Below, piece by piece: positions 36,457-46,515 of a stretch of DNA of 64,000 nt (its first letter is position 1; each line of letters begins with the position of its first letter). The DNA is from a virus: positions 1 to 64,000 of the IMG/VR virus record IMGVR_UViG_3300030518_000006; one strand, 5' to 3'. Under the pieces are notes generated by a model that did not search any database, was not told the DNA's origin, and saw only the letters and a list, made by a program, of their open reading frames with translations. The translations under genes and the position numbers were made by a program.

Positions 36457-39400
36457 AGGACACGCCACTCCGTGCCATCGTACTGCATGGTGTAGTTCAC
36501 ATTGACGGTCGAGACCACGATCGTGCTGCTGCCGTCGATCGTCCCCGCGCTCGGCGCGATGGTGAGATTATACGTCCCGCTGCCGATCATCTTCACATTC
36601 ACGATCAGGCCGGTCGGCGGGGAGGCCATGAGGGTGATCTGGAAGGCGCTCGAGCTGGTATCTCCCATGATCGTATAATCAGAGGCCAGCATCGTATAGT
36701 TGGAGGTCTTGGTGGAGATCGGGTACGCGACGGCACAGGCAAAAGTCGCATAGAGCGCTTGATTGATCGTGAAGAGCGTCGTGAGGGCATTCGGCGTCGA
36801 GCTGCTCGTGGTCGCCGACGCCACCCGGAAGATGATATTACCGCCGACTCCGGTCCCTGTGCCGATGCCGCCGGCGATCGTGAAGCTGGCGCCAGCGATG
36901 TTGGCTCCTGAGCCGCCTGTGGCGTTATAGATGATTGCCTGCGGGGCAGCATTGGTCTCGCCATTGCCGATGAAGACATTGCCGATGGCGGCGGAATTGC
37001 CGCCTGCGACGAAGCGGTTGCTCGCACCCACGGCGGTCGAGTCCCCAGAGCCATAGCCCAGAAATATGTTGTAGGTGCCGGTGGTGGTCTGGTTTCCCGA
37101 ATCATAACCGATAGCGGTATTGCCAATGCCAGTCATATTGTAGCCTGACCCCAATCCGATCAGGGTGTTATCCCCGCTCGTGGTCAGGGAGAACCCCGCT
37201 TGGAACCCAATACACACATTGCCGGCAGATGACGTCGCCGTGGGTGCGACTTGAGAACCAACGAAGACGTTATCCGCTCCGGACGATGCATGCCCCGAGT
37301 TATATCCGACAATGGTATTGTCACTCGTGCCGACGATACCTGCACCCGCCAGGTTACCCACCAAGGTGTTATGGTTGCCCGTTACGGAGGCGCTGCCCGC
37401 CCCGGAGCCGAAGAATTCATTGGTAGCCACACCGGAGATGTTCGAGTGCAGGCCGGTAGTCGCTGAGAAGGTGAATAGCGTACTGCCAGTGACGGTTGAG
37501 GTCCCGTTCCAATAGGTGACTTCACCTGATGTGCCAGAGCCAGTGACGCCGCCGCCCGCCCCGAAAGGACCAACCGTGGCGCCATTCACGCGCGCATACA
37601 TGCCTGCACTGGTGATCCAGACGTCGCCATTGACGGGCGTAGTCGGGGCCGACCCTTGCCCGATGTTCAAGCCGGCCAAGGTCGTGGTGGAGGCGGGGGT
37701 CAGGACTTCATAGCTGAAGGTGACTGACGGGACGGACGGGGTGGCGGTCATCCAGGTCGTATAGGTACCCGACACCGATGCCCAGAAGTGAAAACTACCA
37801 TCGTCGGCCCCGCCATTAGCAGGGGTACCGAAACCGAAGGTGTTGCCCGCCGTGTTCGACCACCGCTGGAAATTCTGGTTATAGACGTCGGAGGACTGCC
37901 ATGCCCATGCGTAGCCTGCCAGGGGGGAAATGACGGTGAAGAATGAGTCGAGCGCGCTGCCGTTTCCCCAGCTCAAGGCGAGGGGGAAGACGATCGTGTT
38001 CGCGATCGTGGCTGATGCGACCGCGAGAGGGGCGCCAGACGGGTAGCTGCCTGAGCAGCTGCCGCTGATGTTGCCGCCACCTCCGGAGAGTGACGCATAC
38101 GCGCCACCATTCACCGATGCGTAGAAACCCTGGAGCGTATCATCGTAATAAATGGTCCCGCTGTTGCTCGGCGACAGGGCAGGTGCGCTCGTTGTCGCGA
38201 TGCCGGTCCAGGTGGTCCCGCCATCGCCCCCCACCGTCCAACGCGTGGTCAAGGTATTGGGGGTGCTGCTCGACGTCCCGACCGGTGCGGTCTTGATGAT
38301 CACCGCACCGCCCGCTCCCGTGCCCGTGCCAATGCCGCCGGCGATGGTATAGCTGGCGCCGGCAACGTTGGCGCCCGAGCCACCCGTCGCATTGTAGACC
38401 ACCGCTTGCGGACTCGCGGCGGTCTCGCCATTGCCGATGAATACGGTTGATATGGGGGCGCTCAACGAACCGGCCACAAGGCGATTGCTCGCTCCTGCTG
38501 CGGTGCTGTCACCTGAGAGCGCGCCGAGGAAGATGTTGTAGGATCCGGTCGTGTTCGACTCGCCGGCATCGTACCCCATTCCAACCAGGTATTGGCCCGT
38601 GGTTGTGGCCGTCAGTGCGCCGGCGCCGAAAGCGGCATTGTAGGAACCCGAGGAGCCGCCACCGGTCGCTCCCTCCAGTGCACTCAGGCCTACGGCCACG
38701 TTCTGCGACCCGGCGTTGTAGTAGCCCGCCGAAGATCCGATGAAGGTGTTCGGGCCCCCGGCATAGGCACCCCCCGCATGGTAACCGACGAGCGTGCTGC
38801 CGCTCGTACCCGTGATGGCGGCACCCGCGCTCACGCCGATCATCACATTGCTTCCGCCCGAGGTCAGGGCCGCCCCAGGACCATTGCCCAGCAGCGTGTT
38901 GTTCGCCCCGGTCATGGTGGTGTTGCCGGCATTGGCGCCCCATGTCTCCGTGGCCGTGGTGTTGGGTTGGTTGCAGGTCACCCCTGCACCGGTCGTATAC
39001 CGGAGCGTGCTGCTGCCGGTAACGGTCTCAGTGCCATTCCAATAGACCAGCTCACCGGAAGTTCCCGATCCGGTGATGACACTGGATGGGAGATCAGCGG
39101 CCACCAGAGCTCGGAAGGTGGGCGCTGCAGCGGCTCCGGTCGTCGGGCCAGCCCATACGTAGTTGGCCGTCTGGGTCGCCAGGGTACCAGTCAAGGTACC
39201 GGACGCAGTGACGGGCGACCCGGTGACGGTGAATATGGCGGGGAGGGCAAGACCAACACTGGTCACCCCGCCCCCTCCCGTACCAAAAGGCCCGACCGTC
39301 CCGCCATTCACTTGGGCATACATGCCTGCGCTGGTGATCCAGATGTCACCGTTGTTGGGTGATGTCGGAGTCGACCCTTGCCCGATGTTCAAGCCGGCCG

Positions 39401-39668
39401 CGGTGGTCGTCGATGCCGGGGTGCCGACGGGCACTTGGGCCGTGATCACCGACGCCCCGACGCTGAGCACCTCCGTCCCATTGACCACCACGCCGATCTT
39501 GGATGACGTGGTCGCCTGGGTCGCATAGAAGCCGATGCGATTCGATGCGGTGGCAGCGGTGACATCCCCGTTCCCGTCCGCGATTGGGAAGGCGAAGGCC
39601 AGGGCCGCGGCACTGCCGAGGATCTGGAGACGAGCGCCGAGCTTCAGGAGGAGGGATTGGGCGGCCAT
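36453..39668 (-). CDS. Long Gly/Thr/Ser-rich fibre/spike protein with internal duplication
   Basis: NTxxG/GxxAG beta-roll repeats; module TPASTTT.AGLNIGQGS..GD.WITSAGMYA.VNG.TVGPFG ... GIGTGTG.GG occurs twice. Confidence 0.85.
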   Translation of the reverse strand: MAAQSLLLKLGARLQILGSAAALAFAFPIADGNGDVTAATASNRIGFYATQATTSSKIGVVVNGTEVLSVGASVITAQVPVGTPASTTTAAGLNIGQGSTPTSPNNGDIWITSAGMYAQVNGGTVGPFGTGGGGVTSVGLALPAIFTVTGSPVTASGTLTGTLATQTANYVWAGPTTGAAAAPTFRALVAADLPSSVITGSGTSGELVYWNGTETVTGSSTLRYTTGAGVTCNQPNTTATETWGANAGNTTMTGANNTLLGNGPGAALTSGGSNVMIGVSAGAAITGTSGSTLVGYHAGGAYAGGPNTFIGSSAGYYNAGSQNVAVGLSALEGATGGGSSGSYNAAFGAGALTATTTGQYLVGMGYDAGESNTTGSYNIFLGALSGDSTAAGASNRLVAGSLSAPISTVFIGNGETAASPQAVVYNATGGSGANVAGASYTIAGGIGTGTGAGGAVIIKTAPVGTSSSTPNTLTTRWTVGGDGGTTWTGIATTSAPALSPSNSGTIYYDDTLQGFYASVNGGAYASLSGGGGNISGSCSGSYPSGAPLAVASATIANTIVFPLALSWGNGSALDSFFTVISPLAGYAWAWQSSDVYNQNFQRWSNTAGNTFGFGTPANGGADDGSFHFWASVSGTYTTWMTATPSVPSVTFSYEVLTPASTTTLAGLNIGQGSAPTTPVNGDVWITSAGMYARVNGATVGPFGAGGGVTGSGTSGEVTYWNGTSTVTGSTLFTFSATTGLHSNISGVATNEFFGSGAGSASVTGNHNTLVGNLAGAGIVGTSDNTIVGYNSGHASSGADNVFVGSQVAPTATSSAGNVCIGFQAGFSLTTSGDNTLIGLGSGYNMTGIGNTAIGYDSGNQTTTGTYNIFLGYGSGDSTAVGASNRFVAGGNSAAIGNVFIGNGETNAAPQAIIYNATGGSGANIAGASFTIAGGIGTGTGVGGNIIFRVASATTSSSTPNALTTLFTINQALYATFACAVAYPISTKTSNYTMLASDYTIMGDTSSSAFQITLMASPPTGLIVNVKMIGSGTYNLTIAPSAGTIDGSSTIVVSTVNVNYTMQYDGTEWRVL

Positions 39669-39708
39669 GGGAAGTCCAGGGGTTGGAGGTGCTCAGGTCA
39701 GGACGCGG

Positions 39709-40185
39709 CTATTCCGCGTCGTCGTCCTCAGAGCCGAGGTCGAAGCCCTCGATCAGGCTGGAGGTGTGCTCGTCGTTGTTCGGCAGGAGGCCCCAGGCAA
39801 TGCGATTCTTGAAGGCGAGCTTGAGTCCCTTCTGAGCCAGGTCGCGCTGCTTGACGGTCAACTCGATGACGACTGTCCCGGTCTTCCAGGCGTTCCACGC
39901 TTCATCCCACGCGATCTTGCGCTTGGCTTCGTCGATGTCGCCCTGCTTGTACAGTTCCGCCTTCTCGAAATCGTAGGCGTCTGTGCGCGCCGGATTCTGC
40001 TGCTTGAGCAGCTTGCGGAGCTTGCATCCCTTCTGGGAGTCATGAGCGTCCGGGAAGACCTTCTCACTCTGGACCACCCCTTCGAGCAGGTAGGCGCCAC
40101 CACGCGTGAGCATGATGCGGAGCTTGGGCTTGGGGGAGGGATTGTCCGCGCTGGGCGCGGGCATGGCTGCGGCGGCGGTACTCAT
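39709..40185 (-). CDS. Hypothetical protein (possible fibre chaperone)
   Basis: GAGGA RBS; charged, adjacent to the fibre gene. Confidence 0.65.
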   Translation of the reverse strand: MSTAAAAMPAPSADNPSPKPKLRIMLTRGGAYLLEGVVQSEKVFPDAHDSQKGCKLRKLLKQQNPARTDAYDFEKAELYKQGDIDEAKRKIAWDEAWNAWKTGTVVIELTVKQRDLAQKGLKLAFKNRIAWGLLPNNDEHTSSLIEGFDLGSEDDDAE

Positions 40186-40235
40186 CGGATTCTATTCCTC
40201 GCGATGGGTGGGGATGATCGGGCGGAATGCGTCGA

Positions 40236-41060
40236 TCAGAAGACTCGGCTGCGGATCTTGGCCGACCAGCCGGTGGTAGCCGGGGTGCAGACCAGGTTGA
40301 TCGCGCCGCCGGCGATGGTGATAGTCAGAGGGCAGTCGAAGGTGCCGCCGGACGGGGGCCCGAGCACGATCCCGTATTCGCTCCAGACCGGAGTGGTTCC
40401 GTCGTTGACGTTAGCACGTAGGCTCGTGCTATAGCGGGTAGACCCCTTGATGAGCTCGATCTCCCAGAGCACATCGGTATAGGTCGCGGTGGCAGCGCTA
40501 TCGATGACGGTGGCTGCGGCCGGGATCGAGGCGACGGTGAGCGTGCCACTGGTGCGCGGGCCGACGAACGGATTGGGGTATGTTCCCGACAGATCGCCGC
40601 CGGCAGGCCCTGTGGGAGATCCGCCTCCGCCTCCGCCCGTCTCGCCGATCCAGTTCGCTTCACCATCGGACAAGACGATGTTGTAGAAGACGAGGAGGAC
40701 CCACGGCATGTTGCGTCGGGACAGGTCCCCGTACTGCTGCACCATGATCGGGGAAAAGAAATAGCTCGGGTTGGCTGAGAAGAAGACCTGGGCGTTAGCG
40801 ATGGCTTCAATGATGGTGCGGCCAGTGAAGGCCTCCGCCTTATATGGGTTGGCCATCGTGGTGGTCGACCCGGTCGTCAATGTCATGCCAGCGTTGAAGT
40901 TCAGGCCGGTGCGCGGGTTGTCATTCGCGCAGAAGACCGGGCCCTGCACGATGTCGCTCAGGTAGGGCGCCAGCGCCGCATTCAGCTGGGTGATCAGGCC
41001 GGATTGGACCGGGGTGTCCTGGATCGTATCCGCTTGCACTGAGAGGGAGATAGTACCCAC
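40236..41060 (-). CDS. Structural protein with GPAGGDLSGTYPNP fibre-junction motif
   Basis: Motif typical of phage fibre/spike proteins; AGGA RBS, GTG start. Confidence 0.7.
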   Translation of the reverse strand: MGTISLSVQADTIQDTPVQSGLITQLNAALAPYLSDIVQGPVFCANDNPRTGLNFNAGMTLTTGSTTTMANPYKAEAFTGRTIIEAIANAQVFFSANPSYFFSPIMVQQYGDLSRRNMPWVLLVFYNIVLSDGEANWIGETGGGGGGSPTGPAGGDLSGTYPNPFVGPRTSGTLTVASIPAAATVIDSAATATYTDVLWEIELIKGSTRYSTSLRANVNDGTTPVWSEYGIVLGPPSGGTFDCPLTITIAGGAINLVCTPATTGWSAKIRSRVF

Positions 41061-41091
41061 GGGGTGTATCCTGCAAAGAAAAGAGGGGCAA

Positions 41092-42876
41092 TCAAGGAGC
41101 GTTTGCGCTTACGTAGGGTGTTCGTTCGATCGCGTCACGCAGTTGGGCGCTGACCATCTCGTAGGAGAATTGCCGAAGCGCCGCGCGGCGGGTGCAGTTG
41201 AGCGGACTCGCGATCAAGGTGTCGCGGATCTTATCGGCGACACGGTTGATTGGGGCCAGATCGTTCGGTTTGCGCAGAGAGCCGAAGGGGAAGGCAAGGC
41301 TCCGCTCGGGGCAGATGTAGCGCTCGGTGGTATGCAGAGACGAGTTCGCCACCAGGAGGCAGCCGGAGATCGCCGCTTCTGCCATCACCAGGGAGCACGC
41401 CTCGCTCTGGGTGGGAAACACGAAGAGATTCGAGACCGAGAAGAGGTCCCTGATGGTGGCCTGGGTGACCCCGACGCCGGCGGACTCCGGGAAGATCTCG
41501 CTGGTGATCGCCAGGTGATCGCCAGGCATCCCCGCAGCGATGGCCCGGTCCCGGCAAGCGGTCAAGGCGGCGCGCTCGGCATCCCCATTGGCATGGGCCG
41601 TGGCGAGTACCAGGCGGCAGGATAGGCCGAGCTTGGTCAGATGCCCGAAGACATCGATGATCTTGTCGACGCCCTTGAATCCGAGACGGGTCGCGGAGAC
41701 AGGATAGATCTGGACCACGTCGGCGAGATGGAGGCCGTAGGCCCGGATAATGTGCGCGGCGCGCTCGTCGAAGGTGCCGAAGGTTGTCACGTCGCGAGCG
41801 TTGGGGCAGACCAGGACGTTGGAGGGATCGGTGTCGTAGTAGGCCGCCAGATAGGGCCGGTCGGCGTCGTTCAGGCAGAGCAGGCGATGCCCGTAGGGCA
41901 GCGTGGTGCGGTTACGTACCGCGTCTCCACCGGTCGGACGCACGGTCGCCGCGGCACTATGGCAGCAGTGCAGCCAGCCGAAGCCGGGGAGCTTGGAGAG
42001 CTGCCAGATGGCAGCGGTAAGCGTGGCATAGGAGGCCTGGAACAACAGGTCGTGGGTGATCACCGTGGCATTGCCGAGCTTGATCAGATTCTGCCGGATC
42101 ACGCTGACCAGTTGATCGACTACCACAGGATCGATGCGATCATCGCGCCAGATGACAGCGGGGATGATGGGAAGGATCTCGACATTCGGCGGAAATGCAG
42201 GGGCCTTGGCGATATTCGTGCCCAGGTGCACCCAGATCTGCACGAGCACAGCCGGATTGCTCGCGAGCATCCGCGCCTGGTCGGTGATGGCGGTGGAGAG
42301 GCTGTAGGAGGGATCGAAGTTGGCCAGGCTGGTCATCAAGACGATGCGCCGACGGTAGCTGAGCGTGGCGCCTTGCTTGATGAGGAGATTGGCTTTCTTC
42401 TCTTCGCATGTCGTGCAGGGTACATCCTCGGGCGTCCCGGCTGCCCCGGCCGTGGGAGCGGGAGTACTGGAGTCGACAGTGGTCGGTATAACAGGCTTGA
42501 AATCGCTCGCTTTGCGCAGCGCTACCGGAGCAGGCGCCGGAGCAGCCACGGGAGGGACACTGAGCAGCTTGGACAGTGCCGGGGCTCCATACATGTAGAG
42601 CCACAATACCGCCCGAACCGGAACATAAGCCGCGGCAGTGGTGAGGAACGCCGCGACGACGGGACCACCGACAAACAGATCGAGGCAGATGAGGAGGAGG
42701 CAGATCCACCAGATATTGCAGGTGTGGCAGAGCACCGGGTTGAGGAAGATCCGGCTCGTCGTCGTTTTTTGGAGGCGCGGCAGCAGCCAGGTGCGCAGCG
42801 GCGTGAAGATCGCCTCGAAATTCCAGATCCGGTGGACACCGGCACAGGCAAGGAAGAGGACGATGAGGTCATGCAT
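41092..42876 (-). CDS. GT-B (family 4-like) glycosyltransferase with N-terminal DUF1360-like TM domain
   Basis: KGVDKII; IRDLFSVSNLFVFPTQSEACSLVMAEAAISG (ExxxxxxxE); N-terminal IF.PLR...C.TC..WW TM module. Confidence 0.85.
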   Translation of the reverse strand: MHDLIVLFLACAGVHRIWNFEAIFTPLRTWLLPRLQKTTTSRIFLNPVLCHTCNIWWICLLLICLDLFVGGPVVAAFLTTAAAYVPVRAVLWLYMYGAPALSKLLSVPPVAAPAPAPVALRKASDFKPVIPTTVDSSTPAPTAGAAGTPEDVPCTTCEEKKANLLIKQGATLSYRRRIVLMTSLANFDPSYSLSTAITDQARMLASNPAVLVQIWVHLGTNIAKAPAFPPNVEILPIIPAVIWRDDRIDPVVVDQLVSVIRQNLIKLGNATVITHDLLFQASYATLTAAIWQLSKLPGFGWLHCCHSAAATVRPTGGDAVRNRTTLPYGHRLLCLNDADRPYLAAYYDTDPSNVLVCPNARDVTTFGTFDERAAHIIRAYGLHLADVVQIYPVSATRLGFKGVDKIIDVFGHLTKLGLSCRLVLATAHANGDAERAALTACRDRAIAAGMPGDHLAITSEIFPESAGVGVTQATIRDLFSVSNLFVFPTQSEACSLVMAEAAISGCLLVANSSLHTTERYICPERSLAFPFGSLRKPNDLAPINRVADKIRDTLIASPLNCTRRAALRQFSYEMVSAQLRDAIERTPYVSANAP

Positions 42877-42879
42877 GGG

Positions 42880-43656
42880 TTAGCCGAAGGTGAGTATGAG
42901 GGTTTCAGCGCCACAAGGGGCTTCGCCGGGAACACTGACGGTGCCGGTGATCACGCCAGCGACGCATGACAGGGCGCCGGTGAGAACCGGGCCATAGGTC
43001 GGTGATCCGGTGTTGCCCCCGGCGATCACTTGGTAGTCAAGCCCATTGAAGGTGACCTGGACATAGGAGTTACCTGCGAGGTTGCCCCAGGTCCAGGTGC
43101 AGGTATCTCCGCCGTCGCTCTGATAGGCTCCACCGAGCCACGCAGTGCTTGGGATCAGACACCCACCGCCGGGACCTGCACCCGAGCCGCTGAGTGCTAC
43201 TGCAGGCTGGGCCACGCCGCAGGTGGTGCACGGGCCTGCTGCGGTCGTGGTGCTCGAGGTGCTCGAGGTGGTGAAGGTGATCGTGCTGGTCGTGGTCGTC
43301 GTAGTCGTGGTCGTGGTCGTGGTCGTGGTACTCGTCGTAGTCGTGGTGGTCGTGGTCGTCGTGGTCGCGCCGCAGGTGGCCGGACAGCAGGGAGTCGGCA
43401 GCGTGGGGAGCGTGAAGCAGACACACCCATTCTGCTGCTGCAGTGAATACTCGGTCGACGTGCAGGTCTCAAGGAAGGGGGCGCAGAGGGTGTTGTCGAC
43501 GCAGGCCGTGTTGGTCGCGTCGAGCACCCAGGTCGAGACGCCTCCCACCAGGCCGCAGGTATAGCGCACCTGCAGGCAGCAGTTGGAGCCGCCGGGCGGT
43601 GTGGGCTCCGGGCAGGGCGCGGTGGTCGAGGTGTTGGGGCAGTTAGGGCAGGGCAT
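42880..43656 (-). CDS. Cys-rich protein with poly-Thr (mucin-like) linker
   Basis: More than 20 Cys; about 40-residue T/S run. Confidence 0.75.
   Translation of the reverse strand: MPCPNCPNTSTTAPCPEPTPPGGSNCCLQVRYTCGLVGGVSTWVLDATNTACVDNTLCAPFLETCTSTEYSLQQQNGCVCFTLPTLPTPCCPATCGATTTTTTTTTTTSTTTTTTTTTTTTTTSTITFTTSSTSSTTTAAGPCTTCGVAQPAVALSGSGAGPGGGCLIPSTAWLGGAYQSDGGDTCTWTWGNLAGNSYVQVTFNGLDYQVIAGGNTGSPTYGPVLTGALSCVAGVITGTVSVPGEAPCGAETLILTFG
43245..43367. repeat. (GTGGTC)n-type low-complexity repeat encoding poly-Thr
   Basis: Direct reading. Confidence 0.85.
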
Positions 43657-44608
43657 CGGTACCATCCCCCAGGGCCCAGTCGTTCAGGGCGCCCATGTCA
43701 GTGGGGCGTGCGCCACCATCGCGGGTATCCATCAGCAGGGCCAGGTACCCTTTCAGACAGGCCTTTCCGCAGCCTCCGAGCGTGTCCGTCGGCCCCTTGG
43801 AGAAGGGGAAGATGCCGAGCACCTTCACATGCAGCGAGAAGACCTCATCGTGGTCGAAGCGCAGATAGGTCGGGGTCGGCCGGTAGTGGCCGCCGAAGAC
43901 ATACTGCTCGGCCGGATCGATCGAGGTGGTCGGGGCGCGCATGTCGGTCCAGCTCGCGTTGATCATCGGCGAGCCGTTCTTGTAGATCGTCACCTGGAAC
44001 TGGTCGAAGGGTACCAGGTCGGAGAATTCATAGCTGACCCCCTGGATGATCAGGCAGCGGTCGGCGGGCACCTTGTAGGAGATGAGCACATAGTCGGTGG
44101 CGTAGTGCGGGAGGCAGAGCTCCCCGCAACGGTTGAAGGTCTTGGACCAGAAGTTCGGGGCCACGAACAACGGGATATGCATCTCCACGGCGATCTGGCG
44201 ATCAGGATCACCCCCGAGCGGCTCCTGTTGATTCGCCCCGACCGCGGTGCCGCCGCTCGGGGTCCAGAGCTTCTTCGGGGTAAACCCGACATCCGGAGCC
44301 CCAGCCCACATCAGCTCATCAATCGGCTTGTCCTGCTCGGGGGTTGCCGAGGGCATCGTCTCGACGTGTGCGAGCTGATGCTTCCAGATCACCGGCAGGA
44401 CATAGGGAACAGTGCTGCCCGGCAGCCGCAGTTGGACGCCGGGCGGGAACCCACGTGGTGCGGTGACCGTGCTGCTGGTGACGATGACTGCCGGGCGATT
44501 GTCCGGCAGGCGAGCGAGCGTGAGCGACTTGATCCCGGGCATCGCGCCGAAATCCCGGCGGAGCATCTGCAGCGCAGCCAGTAGGATTTTTGGCGAGGGT
44601 TCAGACAT
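43643..44608 (-). CDS. Putative single-jelly-roll capsid-associated protein with N-terminal extension
   Basis: VLISYKVPADRCLIIQGV ... IYKNG ... G....PTP.YLRF ... LKGY; same strand pattern as the neighbouring genes. Confidence 0.55.
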   Translation of the reverse strand: MSEPSPKILLAALQMLRRDFGAMPGIKSLTLARLPDNRPAVIVTSSTVTAPRGFPPGVQLRLPGSTVPYVLPVIWKHQLAHVETMPSATPEQDKPIDELMWAGAPDVGFTPKKLWTPSGGTAVGANQQEPLGGDPDRQIAVEMHIPLFVAPNFWSKTFNRCGELCLPHYATDYVLISYKVPADRCLIIQGVSYEFSDLVPFDQFQVTIYKNGSPMINASWTDMRAPTTSIDPAEQYVFGGHYRPTPTYLRFDHDEVFSLHVKVLGIFPFSKGPTDTLGGCGKACLKGYLALLMDTRDGGARPTDMGALNDWALGDGTDALP

Positions 44609-45128
44609 CGGTGATGAACTCGTACTTGTCCTTCTCGGCGACATTCGGGTTGAGATACTGCCAGCCGAAGAGCCCGGCCACCACCATCTGCTGGATGATG
44701 TTGGTGCTCTTCGCCTGGATGATCAGGTTGTCCTTCTGCTCGATCAAGAAGAAGGTTTCGGCCGGCACCACAGGCCAGATGTTCGGGCCGATCTTGTTGA
44801 CGTCCACGCCGGTCGGGATGGTCATGTAGGGTGCGATGGTGCCGTTGAGAATGAAACGCCATTGGATGCCGGCGAGCGTCGCATCACCGACCACCGTGGT
44901 CACATACTTCTCGATGCGCCAGGTCCATCCAGGGATGCCTTGGAGATTGAGGACATTGGTCCAGCCCTGGCTCGAGGACAGCGGTGCGATTGCCGTCTTG
45001 GTCAGGGTGTTGGACCACCATGTCGGATCCGTGTTCGACGGACGGCGGAATGGCAGCGACGACCGGATCAGGGCGTTCTTGAAGGTGGCGAGCGCGAGCT
45101 GTTCGTAGGGGAGCAGCGTCAAAGGCAT
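44601..45128 (-). CDS. Putative single-jelly-roll minor capsid protein
   Basis: WTNVL....PG..WRIEKY ... IQWRFILNG ... P.ETFFLI ... LFGWQY. Confidence 0.55.
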   Translation of the reverse strand: MPLTLLPYEQLALATFKNALIRSSLPFRRPSNTDPTWWSNTLTKTAIAPLSSSQGWTNVLNLQGIPGWTWRIEKYVTTVVGDATLAGIQWRFILNGTIAPYMTIPTGVDVNKIGPNIWPVVPAETFFLIEQKDNLIIQAKSTNIIQQMVVAGLFGWQYLNPNVAEKDKYEFITDV

Positions 45129-45136
45129 GACTGCTC

Positions 45137-45814
45137 CTAGTTCGCGGTGACGGAGGCCTTCGAGCCCTCATCACCGTACCGGAGCTTCCAATCCCATCCA
45201 CGGAACTTCATGGCGATCGTGCTGGCAGCGCCGGCAGTCGTCGCGCGCTGGACCTGGAAATTGACCGTCTGGCCAACCGGGATGATCAGGAACATATCGG
45301 ACGGTTGGGTCATGCTGCCGCGGTGCTCGCCGAACGGCCCGAGATCGAATGGGATTGCACCGTTGAACATGAAACGCCAGAGAATCGACCCATCGTAGGC
45401 GAAGGCGGCATTGGTGACGTCGAAACCGTACTGGGCGAGGCGCCCATACCGTCCTTCTGGGGCGGTATAGGTCAGGACGGTATTCCACGCCCCGGCAGCA
45501 GCGGGCAGTGAGAACGTCGCCGACAGATCGATGTTGTTCGACCACGGCATCGGGGTGCTGTGGGCCGGCAGCGAGGCCGTGATCTGCATGTTGCGCGCGA
45601 TGCGCGCGAGGGCGGTCACCAGGTGATTGGCCCGCGCCTGGTCCTCGGGAGACGGAGGCGGCGCGCCGACCATGCCGGGGCTGTTGTGCTCGATCTTGTC
45701 ACGGAAGTTCTGGACCCCTCCCGAATCCGGGAGGGCCAGGGGCGTGGTCAAATCGCTCTGCTGGCCGAACAGCCGGCCATTGTAGCCGAGACCGTGGTCG
45801 TCATTGCGCGGCAT
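45137..45814 (-). CDS. Putative single-jelly-roll minor capsid protein
   Basis: WNTVLTYTAPEGRYGRL.QYG ... ILWRFMFNG ... GS...PSDMFLII..GQTV ... FRGWDW; GGAGG RBS. Confidence 0.6.
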   Translation of the reverse strand: MPRNDDHGLGYNGRLFGQQSDLTTPLALPDSGGVQNFRDKIEHNSPGMVGAPPPSPEDQARANHLVTALARIARNMQITASLPAHSTPMPWSNNIDLSATFSLPAAAGAWNTVLTYTAPEGRYGRLAQYGFDVTNAAFAYDGSILWRFMFNGAIPFDLGPFGEHRGSMTQPSDMFLIIPVGQTVNFQVQRATTAGAASTIAMKFRGWDWKLRYGDEGSKASVTAN

Positions 45815-45849
45815 GGGGCCTCCTAGGGGTTACGACCGAAGCCGGGACC

Positions 45850-46395
45850 TTATCCCAGCTTGCGGTTGTACACCTTGAAGCCGCCCATGGTGACCCACAC
45901 GTTGTTGTTCGACCCGGAGAGATCCGCCAGGGTGAACGACAGGGTGGTGTTGGCGGGCAGGAGCAACGGCTTGTGCAGCGGGCCCGGCCGCTCCGCGGTG
46001 CCGACCACGGTGTCGGCATTGACCGCGATGTTCTGCAGCTGACGGTCGCTCGCGTCCTGCTGCATGAAGATGGTGTAGGGACCATCGCTCACGCCCCGCA
46101 TCGAGCAGGCGATGAACGCGCTGTCGGCTGAGATGCGGATCTGGTTGAGCGCGGTGCCATTCGCACCGAGTATCCCGTTCGGCGTTCCAGCGGCGCCATT
46201 GCTGGCGGTATTCTGGAAGGCGTAGAAGTACGGGATGACGTTGTCCTGTGGGAAGGCACCGAACACGTCAAAGATGCTTTGACGGACGTTCAGGAGGGCC
46301 TTGACCATCTCCACGATGCCGGGAGGGGCCTTACCAATCTGCTCGAGATGCTCGAGCTTCTTGATATCCTTGGTGTCGATATCGAGCAAACCCAT
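45850..46395 (-). CDS. Putative single-jelly-roll capsid protein
   Basis: PYFY ... QIRISADSAF ... DRQLQN.AV ... G....P..L.KPLLLPANTTLSFTL.DLSG..N.V.VTMGGFK; first gene of the late operon, AAAGGA RBS. Confidence 0.6.
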   Translation of the reverse strand: MGLLDIDTKDIKKLEHLEQIGKAPPGIVEMVKALLNVRQSIFDVFGAFPQDNVIPYFYAFQNTASNGAAGTPNGILGANGTALNQIRISADSAFIACSMRGVSDGPYTIFMQQDASDRQLQNIAVNADTVVGTAERPGPLHKPLLLPANTTLSFTLADLSGSNNNVWVTMGGFKVYNRKLG

Positions 46396-46443
46396 GAGGG
46401 TATCCTTTGCTGAGGAGGTGGCGCAGAAGCGCGAACACCGTGC

Positions 46444-46472
46444 ACGCTATCAGGTATTCGCCTGAGTTGCAA
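46444..46472 (-). promoter_or_regulatory. Candidate promoter of the leftward structural operon
   Basis: Minus strand TTGCAA-17 nt-TAGCGT; spacer holds TCAGG/CCTGA inverted repeat. Confidence 0.55.
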
Positions 46473-46515
46473 GTTTTACTTGCGCTGTTTGTATCAGTCG
46501 TATCCTTCGCCCACC

